A DNA stretch of 64,000 nucleotides from the sequence record GQ981382. One strand, 5' to 3'. A model generated the notes under the pieces. That model had not been told where the DNA came from. It made no database searches and was given only the letters and a program-made list of their open reading frames with translations. The stretch comes from Shigella phage SP18. Positions within the stretch are counted from its first letter, which is position 1, and every line of letters begins with the position of its first letter. Positions 28,315 through 40,952 of this stretch are shown here, piece by piece. The translations under genes were made by a program, and so were the position numbers.

Positions 28315-28340
28315 ATTATAACATAAAATTTTTAAAGCGT
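28315..28340 (-). promoter_or_regulatory. middle-promoter-like site (CGCTTTA box, 12 bp, TATAAT followed by GGGGTCTAGGTCC)
   Basis: Third copy of the TATAATgg.tctag.cc module seen at rnlB and uvsY; the MotA box is imperfect. Confidence 0.35.
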
Positions 28341-28555
28341 TAATGGACGGTATGCACCTTGACATTAACGATAAATCGGTCAATGACTTCAGTCAGCGGA
28401 ACGAATTCAACATAATATTCGCCCTTGTATCGTTCGTTGATATCATTGCGCAGTGCAGCCAGGTTGTTGATAAGAGCAGGAGACATATTCTGCCCTACCA
28501 GTTTCTGAAGCTCTTTATAAGCTTCTTCTTCAACTTCATGGTGTTTGTTATACAT
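28340..28555 (-). CDS. hypothetical protein
   Basis: About 71 aa from the internal ATG; the longer track ORF overlaps the upstream gene. Confidence 0.45.
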   Translation of the reverse strand: MYNKHHEVEEEAYKELQKLVGQNMSPALINNLAALRNDINERYKGEYYVEFVPLTEVIDRFIVNVKVHTVH

Positions 28556-28757
28556 AATGTTCTTCCAAGAAGGCCAAGAGTTCTGGAGCGGATTTAAAGA
28601 TACCGCCATCGACCTTGTCTTCATCTTTATAGTCCATTACATCCAGACCAATACGTCCATCTGTTAAAGGCCATACGCCGAAGAAAAAGCATTTACGTTT
28701 TTCAATTTCTTCGATTGTACGAAAAATCTTTTCGATATTATTCATAGGGTTCCACAT
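28548..28757 (-). CDS. hypothetical protein
   Basis: About 69 aa from the internal ATG (MWNPMNNIEK...). Confidence 0.45.
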   Translation of the reverse strand: MWNPMNNIEKIFRTIEEIEKRKCFFFGVWPLTDGRIGLDVMDYKDEDKVDGGIFKSAPELLAFLEEHYV

Positions 28758-28771
28758 CTCCACTACTTGAG

Positions 28772-28779
28772 TATAAATA
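28772..28779 (+). promoter_or_regulatory. late promoter TATAAATA upstream of the second HNH endonuclease gene
   Basis: gagTATAAATAtagtatatcaccaAAGAGGAcatacaATG; exact late consensus and Shine-Dalgarno. Confidence 0.6.
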
Positions 28780-28805
28780 TAGTATATCACCAAAGAGGAC
28801 ATACA

Positions 28806-30667
<1,862 letters not shown>

Positions 30668-30701
30668 AATAATTTCCTCAAATTTTATAATCCGTGGGAG
30701 C

Positions 30702-30730
30702 ATTATACTCTGCTCCCATAAGTTTGTACA
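30702..30730 (-). promoter_or_regulatory. early sigma70-type promoter (TGTACA, 17 bp, TATAAT); the -10 sits in the loop of a GGGAGC/GCTCCC hairpin
   Basis: Minus strand reads gtGTACAAacttatgggagcagagTATAATgctccc. Confidence 0.55.
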
Positions 30731-30834
30731 CTACTTTCCAAAAATACCATTTATACACATGCTAAGCACGATTCCAAAACAAAAGCATGTAAAGCCAAAC
30801 AGAATGACATCCGACCCATCGATACAAGACTCAA

Positions 30835-31125
30835 TCATTTGCACTTCTCCTCTTTTAGTTCAGAACGATAATAACATAACATGCCTTTTTGGTCATGTAC
30901 ATACCTTTTTACATCATTCATCCAAATCCTGAATTCTTGCGATGCTTCAAAAGGCATACCAACCCAGGCTTGACCCTCAATTACCTTCACTTCCCATTGC
31001 TGTTTGTAATCAGCCAATGCAACAGGCCAATTAGGATGAACTTGGATTGTGGGCTCCACAACGGGCTTCTGGGCGCATGAAACGAGTCCAATAGCCAAAC
31101 ATACTGCCAGGATAGATTTCATCAT
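30835..31125 (-). CDS. o-spanin (outer-membrane lipoprotein), pseT.2-like
   Basis: 96 aa; signal peptide with lipobox LVSC; start overlaps the i-spanin stop by 4 nt. Confidence 0.7.
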   Translation of the reverse strand: MMKSILAVCLAIGLVSCAQKPVVEPTIQVHPNWPVALADYKQQWEVKVIEGQAWVGMPFEASQEFRIWMNDVKRYVHDQKGMLCYYRSELKEEKCK

Positions 31126-31475
31126 TTGGTGAGCTCCTGGAAGTCCTGGGCGAACTTATCAAATGACTGATTAATCTGTTTTTCGACTAATTTAGGCTTC
31201 GCTGCCACAACCTTAGTACGTTTTGCATCTGCGCGAAGTTTATCATTTTCCTTCTGCAGGTGTTCAACATATTCCTGTCGCTGTTGGTCAAGGAGATTAA
31301 TTTGATTAACCTGGTCTTTTACTGATTGCAGATTTTTCGCATTATCTTCTGCGACTTTGGTGACTTCCGCCACCGCCGTCTTGAGATTATCCACTTTTGC
31401 TTTTAGATAGAAACCACTACCAGCAGTTACTACCAGGGCGAGCATAAGCCCTGTGGTGAGATTACTTATTTGCAT
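31122..31475 (-). CDS. i-spanin (N-terminal transmembrane helix plus coiled coil), pseT.3-like
   Basis: 117 aa; TMD LMLALVVTAGSGFYL followed by a heptad-rich coiled coil. Confidence 0.7.
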   Translation of the reverse strand: MQISNLTTGLMLALVVTAGSGFYLKAKVDNLKTAVAEVTKVAEDNAKNLQSVKDQVNQINLLDQQRQEYVEHLQKENDKLRADAKRTKVVAAKPKLVEKQINQSFDKFAQDFQELTK

Positions 31476-31969
31476 AACTTGATGATTACCTCAACAATAT
31501 CATCCTGGGATAAACCATTCAGGAGGATGTGATTTGTACTGTCAGATGCTGAAATGCGGAACTGATTACCAACTTCATCCGCCATATCATCCTGGGTTAA
31601 CACTGGGTGTTTAATTCCCAGGCGGTGTTGAAGTGTCAGGGGTTCAACCACAACATAACAAACACATCCATTGATATGCACATTAGGTTGGGTCTGATTG
31701 ATGAACACTTCTGCATCATATTTAACCAAATGGTTCTTTAAGAAGTCAACCATTTCGGGAACAGATTCATGAAGGGCTTCTTTCCGCTCTTCTGATTTCT
31801 TATCACGATATTCTTTTTGTTTCGCCTTCAACTTATTATCAGACGCCAGTTTCTTTCTTAAGTCAGTAAGGAACCCAACATTTTTGGAACCTTTATAAAC
31901 ATAGATTCCGTCATGGCGGTCACCATATACATCAACAATCATATCATTTGAAATCAGTTGCATATTCAT
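31466..31969 (-). CDS. alc: Alc-like protein (167 aa), assigned by synteny and size
   Basis: Start at the ATG preceded by GAGGAAA, right after the stop of the upstream 77 aa ORF; occupies the alc position between the spanin genes and rnlA. The T4 Alc sequence is not recalled well enough to confirm. Confidence 0.45.
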   Translation of the reverse strand: MNMQLISNDMIVDVYGDRHDGIYVYKGSKNVGFLTDLRKKLASDNKLKAKQKEYRDKKSEERKEALHESVPEMVDFLKNHLVKYDAEVFINQTQPNVHINGCVCYVVVEPLTLQHRLGIKHPVLTQDDMADEVGNQFRISASDSTNHILLNGLSQDDIVEVIIKLCK

Positions 31970-31982
31970 AATATTTTCCTCA

Positions 31983-32216
31983 TTAGTAGCGGTTGTAACC
32001 TCTAGGACCAAAAGAGTTGGCACCCAGGCGTTCATCTTTCTTTTTGGCTCTTGCTCTAAACCCAGAATCACCTGTTTGAGCTTTCAGTTCTTTTAACAAT
32101 TTGGCCTTCAGGTCAGTAATGAAACCAATCCGGCGGTCTCCCTTGTAGACATAGATTCCGTCATTACTGTCACCATATGCCTGTGTAACTCTTTCATTTG
32201 TAATTAAGTTTAACAT
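31983..32216 (-). CDS. small protein homologous to the N-terminus of the Alc-like gene (partial tandem duplication) with a basic tail
   Basis: YGDSNDGIYVYKGDRRIGFITDLKAKL versus YGDRHDGIYVYKGSKNVGFLTDLRKKL; own GAGGA Shine-Dalgarno and promoter cassette. Confidence 0.55.
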   Translation of the reverse strand: MLNLITNERVTQAYGDSNDGIYVYKGDRRIGFITDLKAKLLKELKAQTGDSGFRARAKKKDERLGANSFGPRGYNRY

Positions 32217-32248
32217 GTTTTAGTCCTCATCAGTAGTTGATGGAACCA

Positions 32249-32276
32249 TTATGTATAGAAAGAAGGGGCTTGTACA
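32249..32276 (-). promoter_or_regulatory. early promoter cassette (TGTACA inside a GGGG/CCCC hairpin, 16 bp, CATAAT) with leader CCATCAACTACTGAT
   Basis: Overlaps the terminator-like hairpin after rnlA. Confidence 0.5.
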
Positions 32277-32286
32277 CCCCTTTTTA

Positions 32287-33423
32287 TTATTCAGGAAGGA
32301 TTACTTCCGCTTGGTAGTCCGACGGAATGTAAAGTTTATGATTTTTAAGGAAAACTTTATTGATTTGAGCAATCGTTTGTTCAGTTTCCTGCGGGCGTTG
32401 ATAGGTGTTCATTAATACGGAGAACAATCCCGGGTACGGTTTACACAACTCTTGACCTTTAATCGCAAACTCGCGACGGTCTTTTCCTGCCAGTTGTTTC
32501 TGGGCATCAAGCAGCAATCCAAGAGTGTTGGACAGATAATCCAGATGTACAATGGTAAAGGCATTAACTTTTTCGCGAGCATAATCATCACCAGTAAACA
32601 TGGCAATAACATCATCTGCGCCGCCGGCAACAACAACTTCAAACAGACGCTCATTATTATTAATGGAGTCTTTAGTATGGTGCAGAGCACAATACCATTC
32701 TGTTTTCAGCTTGAACTTCTGACCACTTGCCAGCTCGTAGACGAAGCCTTCAATCTCTTTCATACCACGAACATTCTCAATGCTCACCAGGTCATATGCT
32801 TCAACCAGGAAAGGACGGAGTGCAGCATCTTTGAACAGCTCAGGATAAGGAATATATTCGCCAGTTTCATTATGACGAACGTTCAGTAAAATCAGGTCAC
32901 GTTCCTGGTAAGGCAAAACAATGCGGTTGGTTGGTGCAACATATTCCATATTGCATGTATAACCAGCTTCAGTGATTTCAGTCACACGAGCCCTGAACGC
33001 TTCACGGTGCGGTTGTTTAAACACCTGCAGAGATTCAGCAGCTTGGGAACTTTTAATCGACCCTTTGGATTTAAAAGCAATATTAGTCTGGTCCATATAA
33101 GTAGAAACCAAGCTACCATCAGCTTTTGCAGTAACCAGGACAACTTCATCAAGGTTAAGGTCCATGGTCATTGGGTTCTCACCCAGATTAAAGAATTTTT
33201 CCATAGGACGGGCAGCAATGCGAACTGGACCATTGTCATCCATTTCAAACATAATGCCGCGGCACTCCAGCGCATCATCAAGAAGCCAATCACTATAGGA
33301 AGCATAGTTATAGCTAAAGATGCGGAACTTAGTTTCAAATGGAGAAACAAAATCCGTATAGAAAAACTTACCTTTATCGGATTCGGCGCAAAGCTTCATT
33401 AAGTTATCATATAATTCAATCAT
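32287..33423 (-). CDS. rnlA: RNA ligase 1
   Basis: 378 aa; KxDG adenylation motif (TAKADGSLVS); RIFSYNYASYSDWLL..ALECRGIMFE colinear with T4 Rnl1. Confidence 0.92.
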   Translation of the reverse strand: MIELYDNLMKLCAESDKGKFFYTDFVSPFETKFRIFSYNYASYSDWLLDDALECRGIMFEMDDNGPVRIAARPMEKFFNLGENPMTMDLNLDEVVLVTAKADGSLVSTYMDQTNIAFKSKGSIKSSQAAESLQVFKQPHREAFRARVTEITEAGYTCNMEYVAPTNRIVLPYQERDLILLNVRHNETGEYIPYPELFKDAALRPFLVEAYDLVSIENVRGMKEIEGFVYELASGQKFKLKTEWYCALHHTKDSINNNERLFEVVVAGGADDVIAMFTGDDYAREKVNAFTIVHLDYLSNTLGLLLDAQKQLAGKDRREFAIKGQELCKPYPGLFSVLMNTYQRPQETEQTIAQINKVFLKNHKLYIPSDYQAEVILPE

Positions 33424-33836
33424 TTCTTCACCTTATGTTGGTAATTCCACGGGGGATTAAAAAGCTTGATGAACATCGGCTCTTCTAGAGACATCGTTTC
33501 GACTGACATTGTGCCAAGTTCATTGGTCATTGACAGATTGAAACATTGTCGTGCATAGAATACCACCTTTTTACCTTCTTGTAAAGCTTCATGTATCATC
33601 CGGGATTTGTTTGAATCACTTGTCTGGTCGATTCGGTTAATCGCAGTCCGGTAATAGTTGATACGCTTCTTAAGGTTGTTCGTCTTACCAATATACACTA
33701 GTTCATCATCAACTGAAATAGCATAGATAACATTTTTCTTGTTTGCGAGAGTAAGAATAGGGATTTTACCATCGACTAACTCCAACTCCGCGTATTTTAT
33801 AAAACTGTATTCATCAGCGATTTGTTTCATGGGCAA
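33420..33836 (-). CDS. denA: endonuclease II (GIY-YIG family)
   Basis: 138 aa; EYSFIKY.ELEL...NVIYAI...DELVYIGKT.NL.KRINYYRTAINR colinear with T4 DenA. Confidence 0.9.
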   Translation of the reverse strand: MPMKQIADEYSFIKYAELELVDGKIPILTLANKKNVIYAISVDDELVYIGKTNNLKKRINYYRTAINRIDQTSDSNKSRMIHEALQEGKKVVFYARQCFNLSMTNELGTMSVETMSLEEPMFIKLFNPPWNYQHKVKK

Positions 33837-33856
33837 AAAGGGCCGAAGCCCTTTCC
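33837..33856 (-). terminator. hairpin (AAGGGCTTCGGCCCTT) plus T-run between nrdB and denA
   Basis: GC stem with TTCG loop; probably an attenuator, since denA starts immediately after. Confidence 0.5.
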
Positions 33857-35035
33857 TTATAGATATTTACGGAAACCAGCAAGAACATTCTCATCGACGT
33901 CATTGTCAATCTGGGCTACCAGGTAAGCAGACAACTCAACTTCTTGTGGGGCAGATTGCACATTATCAGAGTTAAGATATTCGCGAATCCATGGAATCGG
34001 GTGCTTAGTAGATTCTAACACGATTTCACAAGGGAGACCGCATTGCTTCATACGAGAAACTGTCAGGTAATCGATAAAACGGTTAAGAATCTCGACGCTC
34101 AACCCAGGGAGTCCACCATCTTTAAACAGATGCACGGCCCATTCTTTTTCCTGGCGATTAACTTCCATGAAAATGGCTGCGGCTTCTGCTTCACATTCGT
34201 GTGCGATTTTAACCCATTCGTCACCGTCAACACCAGTTTGCAGCTGACGAAGAATATATTGGGTCCCCTTAAGGTGGAGCTGTTCATCACGGGCGATGAA
34301 CTTCATTATCTTCGCATTACCTTCCATGATTTCCATGTTCTTATGGAAGTTGAAAGTACAAGCAAAAGATACATAAAAACGAATAGCTTCCAGGGCGTTA
34401 ATAACGTGCAGGCAGAGATAAAGAGACTTCATCAATGCTCGTTTGGCGATAGATTCTTGTTTGATAGCTCGTTCCAAACGTTCGTCCGCTTCGGGAGTTT
34501 CTTTGGCCAGTTCAACAAAAGCAATCTGGTTTTGCCATTGACGAGTTTTATTCAGAACATCATCATAGTAATGACCAATGGATTCTGCACGCTTCATGAT
34601 TGCATCATCTAACAGGATTTCGTCGAATACTTTCGCCGGGTCCGTGTAGAGATTTCGCATGATGTGCGTATAAGAACGAGAGTGAATTGTCTCGCTGAAT
34701 GTCCAGGTCTGAATCCATGTATCAAGACTCGGGTCAGAAACTAATGCGGCTAATGCTGCAGCTGGAGCACGACCCTGAATACTATCCAGAAGTGATTGGT
34801 ATTTCAGGTTGTTGGTAAAAATATTTTGTTGATGTTCAGGAAGCTTATTAAATTGGGCTCCATCCATCATCAGGTTTACTTCCTCTGGACGCCAGAAGAA
34901 TGATAATTGCTTTTCTGTTAATTCTTCGAAAACTTTATGGCGCTGGATATCATAACGGGCGATGCCCAATCCTGAACCGAAGAACATCGGCTCGGTTAAA
35001 ACATCCACTGGAGTGGTATTAAAAACTGTACTCAT
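33857..35035 (-). CDS. nrdB: ribonucleotide reductase small (beta) subunit, intron-less
   Basis: 392 aa continuous ORF with the di-iron ligand pattern; no intron or intron-encoded ORF (T4 nrdB carries a group I intron). Confidence 0.92.
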   Translation of the reverse strand: MSTVFNTTPVDVLTEPMFFGSGLGIARYDIQRHKVFEELTEKQLSFFWRPEEVNLMMDGAQFNKLPEHQQNIFTNNLKYQSLLDSIQGRAPAAALAALVSDPSLDTWIQTWTFSETIHSRSYTHIMRNLYTDPAKVFDEILLDDAIMKRAESIGHYYDDVLNKTRQWQNQIAFVELAKETPEADERLERAIKQESIAKRALMKSLYLCLHVINALEAIRFYVSFACTFNFHKNMEIMEGNAKIMKFIARDEQLHLKGTQYILRQLQTGVDGDEWVKIAHECEAEAAAIFMEVNRQEKEWAVHLFKDGGLPGLSVEILNRFIDYLTVSRMKQCGLPCEIVLESTKHPIPWIREYLNSDNVQSAPQEVELSAYLVAQIDNDVDENVLAGFRKYL

Positions 35036-35073
35036 TTTATTTCCTCAATAGCTCATCCATGAGCATAATTATA

Positions 35074-37329
35074 TCAAAGTTTACAGGCGGAGCAGTCTTC
35101 TGCTTTAGGAGCTTCGATTTCGTAATCGTCTGTTCCGGAACCATCTCTAGTGTTATGATAATAAAGGTTTTTTCCGCCAAAATACCAGAAGTACATCAGG
35201 TCGTCAAGCATAACAGACATCGGAACTTTTCCTTTCGGATAATTCTGTGGGTCATAATATGTATTGGCTGATGCTGACTGACAAATCCATTTCAACATAA
35301 TCGCGACTTGTGTCAGATAAGGTTTGTTACCCTGCTTAGCTAGCACCCATGCGTAATCGTACAATCCTTTATTGTGCTCAATATTGGGCACGACTTGATT
35401 AAAGGAACCCTCTTTTGACTCTTTAATAGAGACTGGTCCACGCGGAGGTTCGATACCGTTTGTACTGTTAGAAACTTGGGAAGATGACTCACAAGGCATA
35501 AGTGCTGATAATGTGCTATTACGGATGCCATGTTCAACCAGGTCTTCCCGCAACTGCGCCCAGTCACAAACGTAGTTTGGAGCTGCGATTTGGTCAATCT
35601 TTTTATTGTACCAGTCGATAGGTAATTCGCCTCGAGCCCAACGAGTGTCTGAATAATATTCGCAAGGTCCTTTTTCTTTGGCGAGCTTGATTGATGCTCG
35701 GATAAGGCCATATTGTAATCTCTCGAACAGTTCATGTGTTAAATCATTTGCATCAGCGTAGGAAGCGAAATTGCTTGCCAGCCATGCAGCATAGTTAGTA
35801 ACCCCAACACCCAGGTTGCGGCGTTTTTTGGCTTTCAGAGCTTCTTTAACCGGATAACCCTGATAGTCCAACAGGTTATCAAGAGCACGAACTTGAACTT
35901 CAGCCAGCTCGTTAATCTTATCTTGGTCCTGCCAGTCAAAACTATCCAGAACAAATGCAGACAATGTGCACAATCCGATTTCAGCGTCTTCGCTGTTCAC
36001 ATCAGTAGTCGGGATTGCAATTTCGCAGCAAAGGTTTGATTGACGAATCGGAGCCTTATCACGGATGAACGGAGTGTAGTCATTCACGTTATCGACGAAC
36101 TGCGGATAAACCCTGGCTGTACCGGAACGTTCAGTCATGAATAATTCGAATACATCTTTTGCTTTGATACGCTTCTTACGAACTGTCGGGTCTTTTTCCA
36201 AGGCTTCATATAACTCGCGGAATTTATCCGGGTTATCAAAATATGAATAATACAATTCACCGCCAGCTTCGTGCGGACTAAACAGAGTGATGTAATCATT
36301 CTTAGCCAGACGTTCCATCATCAGGTTATTCAGCTGGACACCATAGTCCATATGTCTGATGCGGTTTTCTTCAACGCCCTTGTTGTTCTTCAGAACGAGT
36401 AAATTTTCAACTTCCAAATGCCAAATAGGATAATAAGCAGTAGCAGCGCCGCCACGGATTCCACCTTGTGAACATGATTTAACAGCCGTTTGGAAATGTT
36501 TCCAGAACGGAATAACACCAGTATGCTTAACTTCGCCCATACCGATTTTCGAACCTTCGGCACGAATCATGCCAACGTTGATACCGATACCTGCACGCTT
36601 ACTGATATATTCGATGATTGAATTAGCAGTCTTATTAATTGACTTCAGGGAGTCAGCCGCTTCGATAACCACGCAGGAACTGAACTGTCTGGTAGGTGTT
36701 CTGGCGCCGGCCATGATAGGCGTGGGCAACGAAACCTGTCGAGTGGATACTGCATCATAAAAACGGCAAACGTGCTTCAGACGGTCCGTTGGTTCATCCT
36801 GGTGCAGTGCCATGCCGATAGCCATGATTGCGAATTGCGGAGTCTCGTAGATTTTCCCAGTGGTTTTATCTTTAACCAGGTATTTTTCTTTAAGCTGCAT
36901 CGCGCCTGCATAAGTCAAGTCAAAATCACGTTCGTGTTTGATACGAGATTCCAGATAAGTAATCTCTTCGGCCGAGTAGCTTGACAACAGTTCCGGGTCG
37001 TATTTGCCTTCATTGACACAATAAGAAATCTGGTCAATAAAAGAACGCGGTTCGAACTGGCCATAAACATCTTTACGCAGAGCAAACATCGTAGCCTTCG
37101 CTGCAACGTATTGGTAATCTGGTTCTTCAACCGAGATAAGCCCAGCAGACACTTTGATGATAACCGTCTGAATATCGCGAGTAGTCATACCATCGCGCAG
37201 GTGTGGTTTGATTGTTTCGTATAATTCATACGGGTCGATATTGGTTCCTTCACATGACCAGGAAAGAACTTTAATAATTTTCTGGCCATCAAAATCTTGA
37301 GATACGCCACTACTTTTTTGTACTTGCAT
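35074..37329 (-). CDS. nrdA: ribonucleotide reductase large (alpha) subunit
   Basis: 751 aa; ATP-cone N-terminus; class Ia signature blocks (GIGINVG, NLCCEIA, MPCESSSQ). Confidence 0.93.
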   Translation of the reverse strand: MQVQKSSGVSQDFDGQKIIKVLSWSCEGTNIDPYELYETIKPHLRDGMTTRDIQTVIIKVSAGLISVEEPDYQYVAAKATMFALRKDVYGQFEPRSFIDQISYCVNEGKYDPELLSSYSAEEITYLESRIKHERDFDLTYAGAMQLKEKYLVKDKTTGKIYETPQFAIMAIGMALHQDEPTDRLKHVCRFYDAVSTRQVSLPTPIMAGARTPTRQFSSCVVIEAADSLKSINKTANSIIEYISKRAGIGINVGMIRAEGSKIGMGEVKHTGVIPFWKHFQTAVKSCSQGGIRGGAATAYYPIWHLEVENLLVLKNNKGVEENRIRHMDYGVQLNNLMMERLAKNDYITLFSPHEAGGELYYSYFDNPDKFRELYEALEKDPTVRKKRIKAKDVFELFMTERSGTARVYPQFVDNVNDYTPFIRDKAPIRQSNLCCEIAIPTTDVNSEDAEIGLCTLSAFVLDSFDWQDQDKINELAEVQVRALDNLLDYQGYPVKEALKAKKRRNLGVGVTNYAAWLASNFASYADANDLTHELFERLQYGLIRASIKLAKEKGPCEYYSDTRWARGELPIDWYNKKIDQIAAPNYVCDWAQLREDLVEHGIRNSTLSALMPCESSSQVSNSTNGIEPPRGPVSIKESKEGSFNQVVPNIEHNKGLYDYAWVLAKQGNKPYLTQVAIMLKWICQSASANTYYDPQNYPKGKVPMSVMLDDLMYFWYFGGKNLYYHNTRDGSGTDDYEIEAPKAEDCSACKL

Positions 37330-37459
37330 GTTTTCCTCTGTTATAAAATGGGGTCATGCTTATAATAACACATGACCCTGAAGCGGAATCGTATTTATAG
37401 AAGGAAGTTAAGCCCAACCATTACGACCAAAAATAAAATGCCAGCAATTTGAATATTCA

Positions 37460-39121
<1,662 letters not shown>

Positions 39122-39125
<4 letters not shown>

Positions 39126-39463
39126 TTTAATTCCTTAACTGTCTTTTTAATGGCAGTAAAATCTTTACGAATATCGAGAACCAATTTGTAAAGATGTTTA
39201 ATTGTATCTGTATCAAAATATGATACAGCGCAACGTGATTGGCGAATATCTTCTAATGAATATTTGCTTTCACTTGTACCATATCCAATAATACCACTAA
39301 TGCACTTGTCATTAAGCGTATATTTCTGTGGACCATCAATATTATTTTTAGGATAGATGTAAAGGCTCCAATCAAATTTTTGTTCAAGCGTATTAACCTT
39401 AACTTCAAGAATCAGTTCAGGATGTGCATCATCTTTAGCAAAACAAGTGTATTCAGTAAGCAT
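39122..39463 (-). CDS. hypothetical protein (frd.2-like)
   Basis: About 113 aa from the ATG with GAGGAAA; the longer track ORF overlaps the upstream gene in another frame. Confidence 0.5.
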
Positions 39464-39473
39464 TATATTTTCC

Positions 39474-39713
39474 TCACGCTTTCTTAGCAACTTTCCAGTC
39501 AGCTTTAAATTGGTCAACGTCAGAGTGATGAATCCAGAAACCAGATGAGCTACCATCTTCATAAAGAGGACAACCATCACACTCATCTTTCCAACCCATC
39601 GCGCATAAAGTTTCTTCAGCTTTTTCCAGAGCTTCTGGATTGTTACCCTGGATTGTGAAGTACCATTTGCCTTTAACTTCTGAATCTTTGATGCTCTCAC
39701 GTTGTAATTTCAT
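39474..39713 (-). CDS. hypothetical protein (frd.3-like)
   Basis: 79 aa ORF with GGAGAATAAAATG start context. Confidence 0.5.
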   Translation of the reverse strand: MKLQRESIKDSEVKGKWYFTIQGNNPEALEKAEETLCAMGWKDECDGCPLYEDGSSSGFWIHHSDVDQFKADWKVAKKA

Positions 39714-39754
39714 TTTATTCTCCAGGGTTTTAGTTGTTAACTCAGTATGGGACC

Positions 39755-39783
39755 ATTATGTCATAGCCCCATTTGGTTGTACA
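39755..39783 (-). promoter_or_regulatory. early sigma70-type promoter (TGTACA, 17 bp, CATAAT) with leader CCATACTGAGTTAACA
   Basis: Same cassette architecture as at 23889 and 57755. Confidence 0.55.
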
Positions 39784-39790
39784 CTACTTT

Positions 39791-40057
39791 TTAAATTTTA
39801 TCAAGCCATTTGCCAAGTTTAATCATTTCCTTGGTGGCTTTTTCCATACTTCTGAACTTAACTAATAAAGGATGAGTATCAACACCCATAACAAGATTGG
39901 TTGCAAGACTGTGCTCACCCACAAGCCACAATGAGTATGTTTGAACATCGAGACCATAATTTCTGTCTTTATGTAAACGTACACCCATTACTTCAAATTG
40001 TTCGCTTGCTTTTTCTACTGCATCCAGGAAATCATCTTTAGTCATGTTAGACCTCAA
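39791..40057 (-). CDS. hypothetical protein
   Basis: 88 aa ORF. Confidence 0.45.
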   Translation of the reverse strand: MRSNMTKDDFLDAVEKASEQFEVMGVRLHKDRNYGLDVQTYSLWLVGEHSLATNLVMGVDTHPLLVKFRSMEKATKEMIKLGKWLDKI

Positions 40058-40415
40058 AAGTTGCTTTAATCAAGGCAATAACTTCCGCGGCATTTTTATA
40101 ATTTACCTGCACATGAATGGTTTGGGTATCAACATCAGGAGCATCACCATCAACTTCCAGGAAGTGACAGAATTCCCATTCAGCGAGTTCAAAGTACTCA
40201 TCAACATCACCCATACTATTCAGGATGGTGCCATCTTTCATTTCAACTTTTTCAACAAAATAATCACCTTCAATATAACACATATCCAGGACTTTGAAGG
40301 AATTGCCATGCTGTTCCATTAACTTGACCATGCACGAATTATCATCAGGACTACCAGCGATGAATTGTTTTTTAGCAGCAGGGTCTAATACGTAAAATTT
40401 ACCAGTTTCCATCAT
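40047..40415 (-). CDS. hypothetical acidic protein, GKFY..KKQFIAG family
   Basis: 122 aa; paralogous to the ORF at 40478 (DEYFELAEWEF versus DDYFELSEEEF). Confidence 0.55.
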   Translation of the reverse strand: MMETGKFYVLDPAAKKQFIAGSPDDNSCMVKLMEQHGNSFKVLDMCYIEGDYFVEKVEMKDGTILNSMGDVDEYFELAEWEFCHFLEVDGDAPDVDTQTIHVQVNYKNAAEVIALIKATFEV

Positions 40416-40477
40416 TTTATTTTCCTCATGTAGTTGATAGGTCTATAATAACATAATCATAGACCCGTTGTAAACTG

Positions 40478-40840
40478 CTATTTGAAAGCTTTTTGTAGAA
40501 GTTCAATGATTTGGTCGACGTTATTAGCATCCACAACACAATTAATAGAAACCGCCCCCGAAGGTGTTTTTGTATAATTGGAGTATTCACGGAAGCAATA
40601 AAACTCTTCTTCACTAAGTTCAAAATAATCATCACCCATGCCATCATCATTATAGATTGCACCATTAGCACAAATGATTTCGGTTACATAATCATAGCCG
40701 TCTGCACTTGATATTGATTTAACTTCAAACCAATCACCATTTTCTTGGATGATGTCGACCATACTAGCATTCGATGAACTAATATCAATGAAAGATTTAA
40801 TACGATGTGGATTGAACTCATATTTTTTGCCGATTTCCAT
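40478..40840 (-). CDS. hypothetical acidic protein, paralog of 40047-40415
   Basis: 120 aa; shared motifs with the adjacent gene. Confidence 0.55.
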   Translation of the reverse strand: MEIGKKYEFNPHRIKSFIDISSSNASMVDIIQENGDWFEVKSISSADGYDYVTEIICANGAIYNDDGMGDDYFELSEEEFYCFREYSNYTKTPSGAVSINCVVDANNVDQIIELLQKAFK

Positions 40841-40879
40841 TTTTTATTTCCTCAGTTGTTATCAGTAGTTGATGGAATC

Positions 40880-40908
40880 ATTATGCCTTAGCTCAAAGGA
40901 CTTGTACA
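40880..40908 (-). promoter_or_regulatory. early sigma70-type promoter (TGTACA, 17 bp, CATAAT) with leader CCATCAACTACTGAT
   Basis: Directly downstream of the gene 32 terminator. Confidence 0.55.
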
Positions 40909-40924
40909 CTACTTTTTGAAAATA

Positions 40925-40950
40925 AAAAAGGGACCCGAAGGTCCCCCTTA
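40925..40950 (-). terminator. terminator hairpin (GGGACCTTCGGGTCCC) plus T6 after gene 32
   Basis: Perfect stem with TTCG loop and T-run on the minus strand. Confidence 0.75.
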
Positions 40951-40952
40951 TA

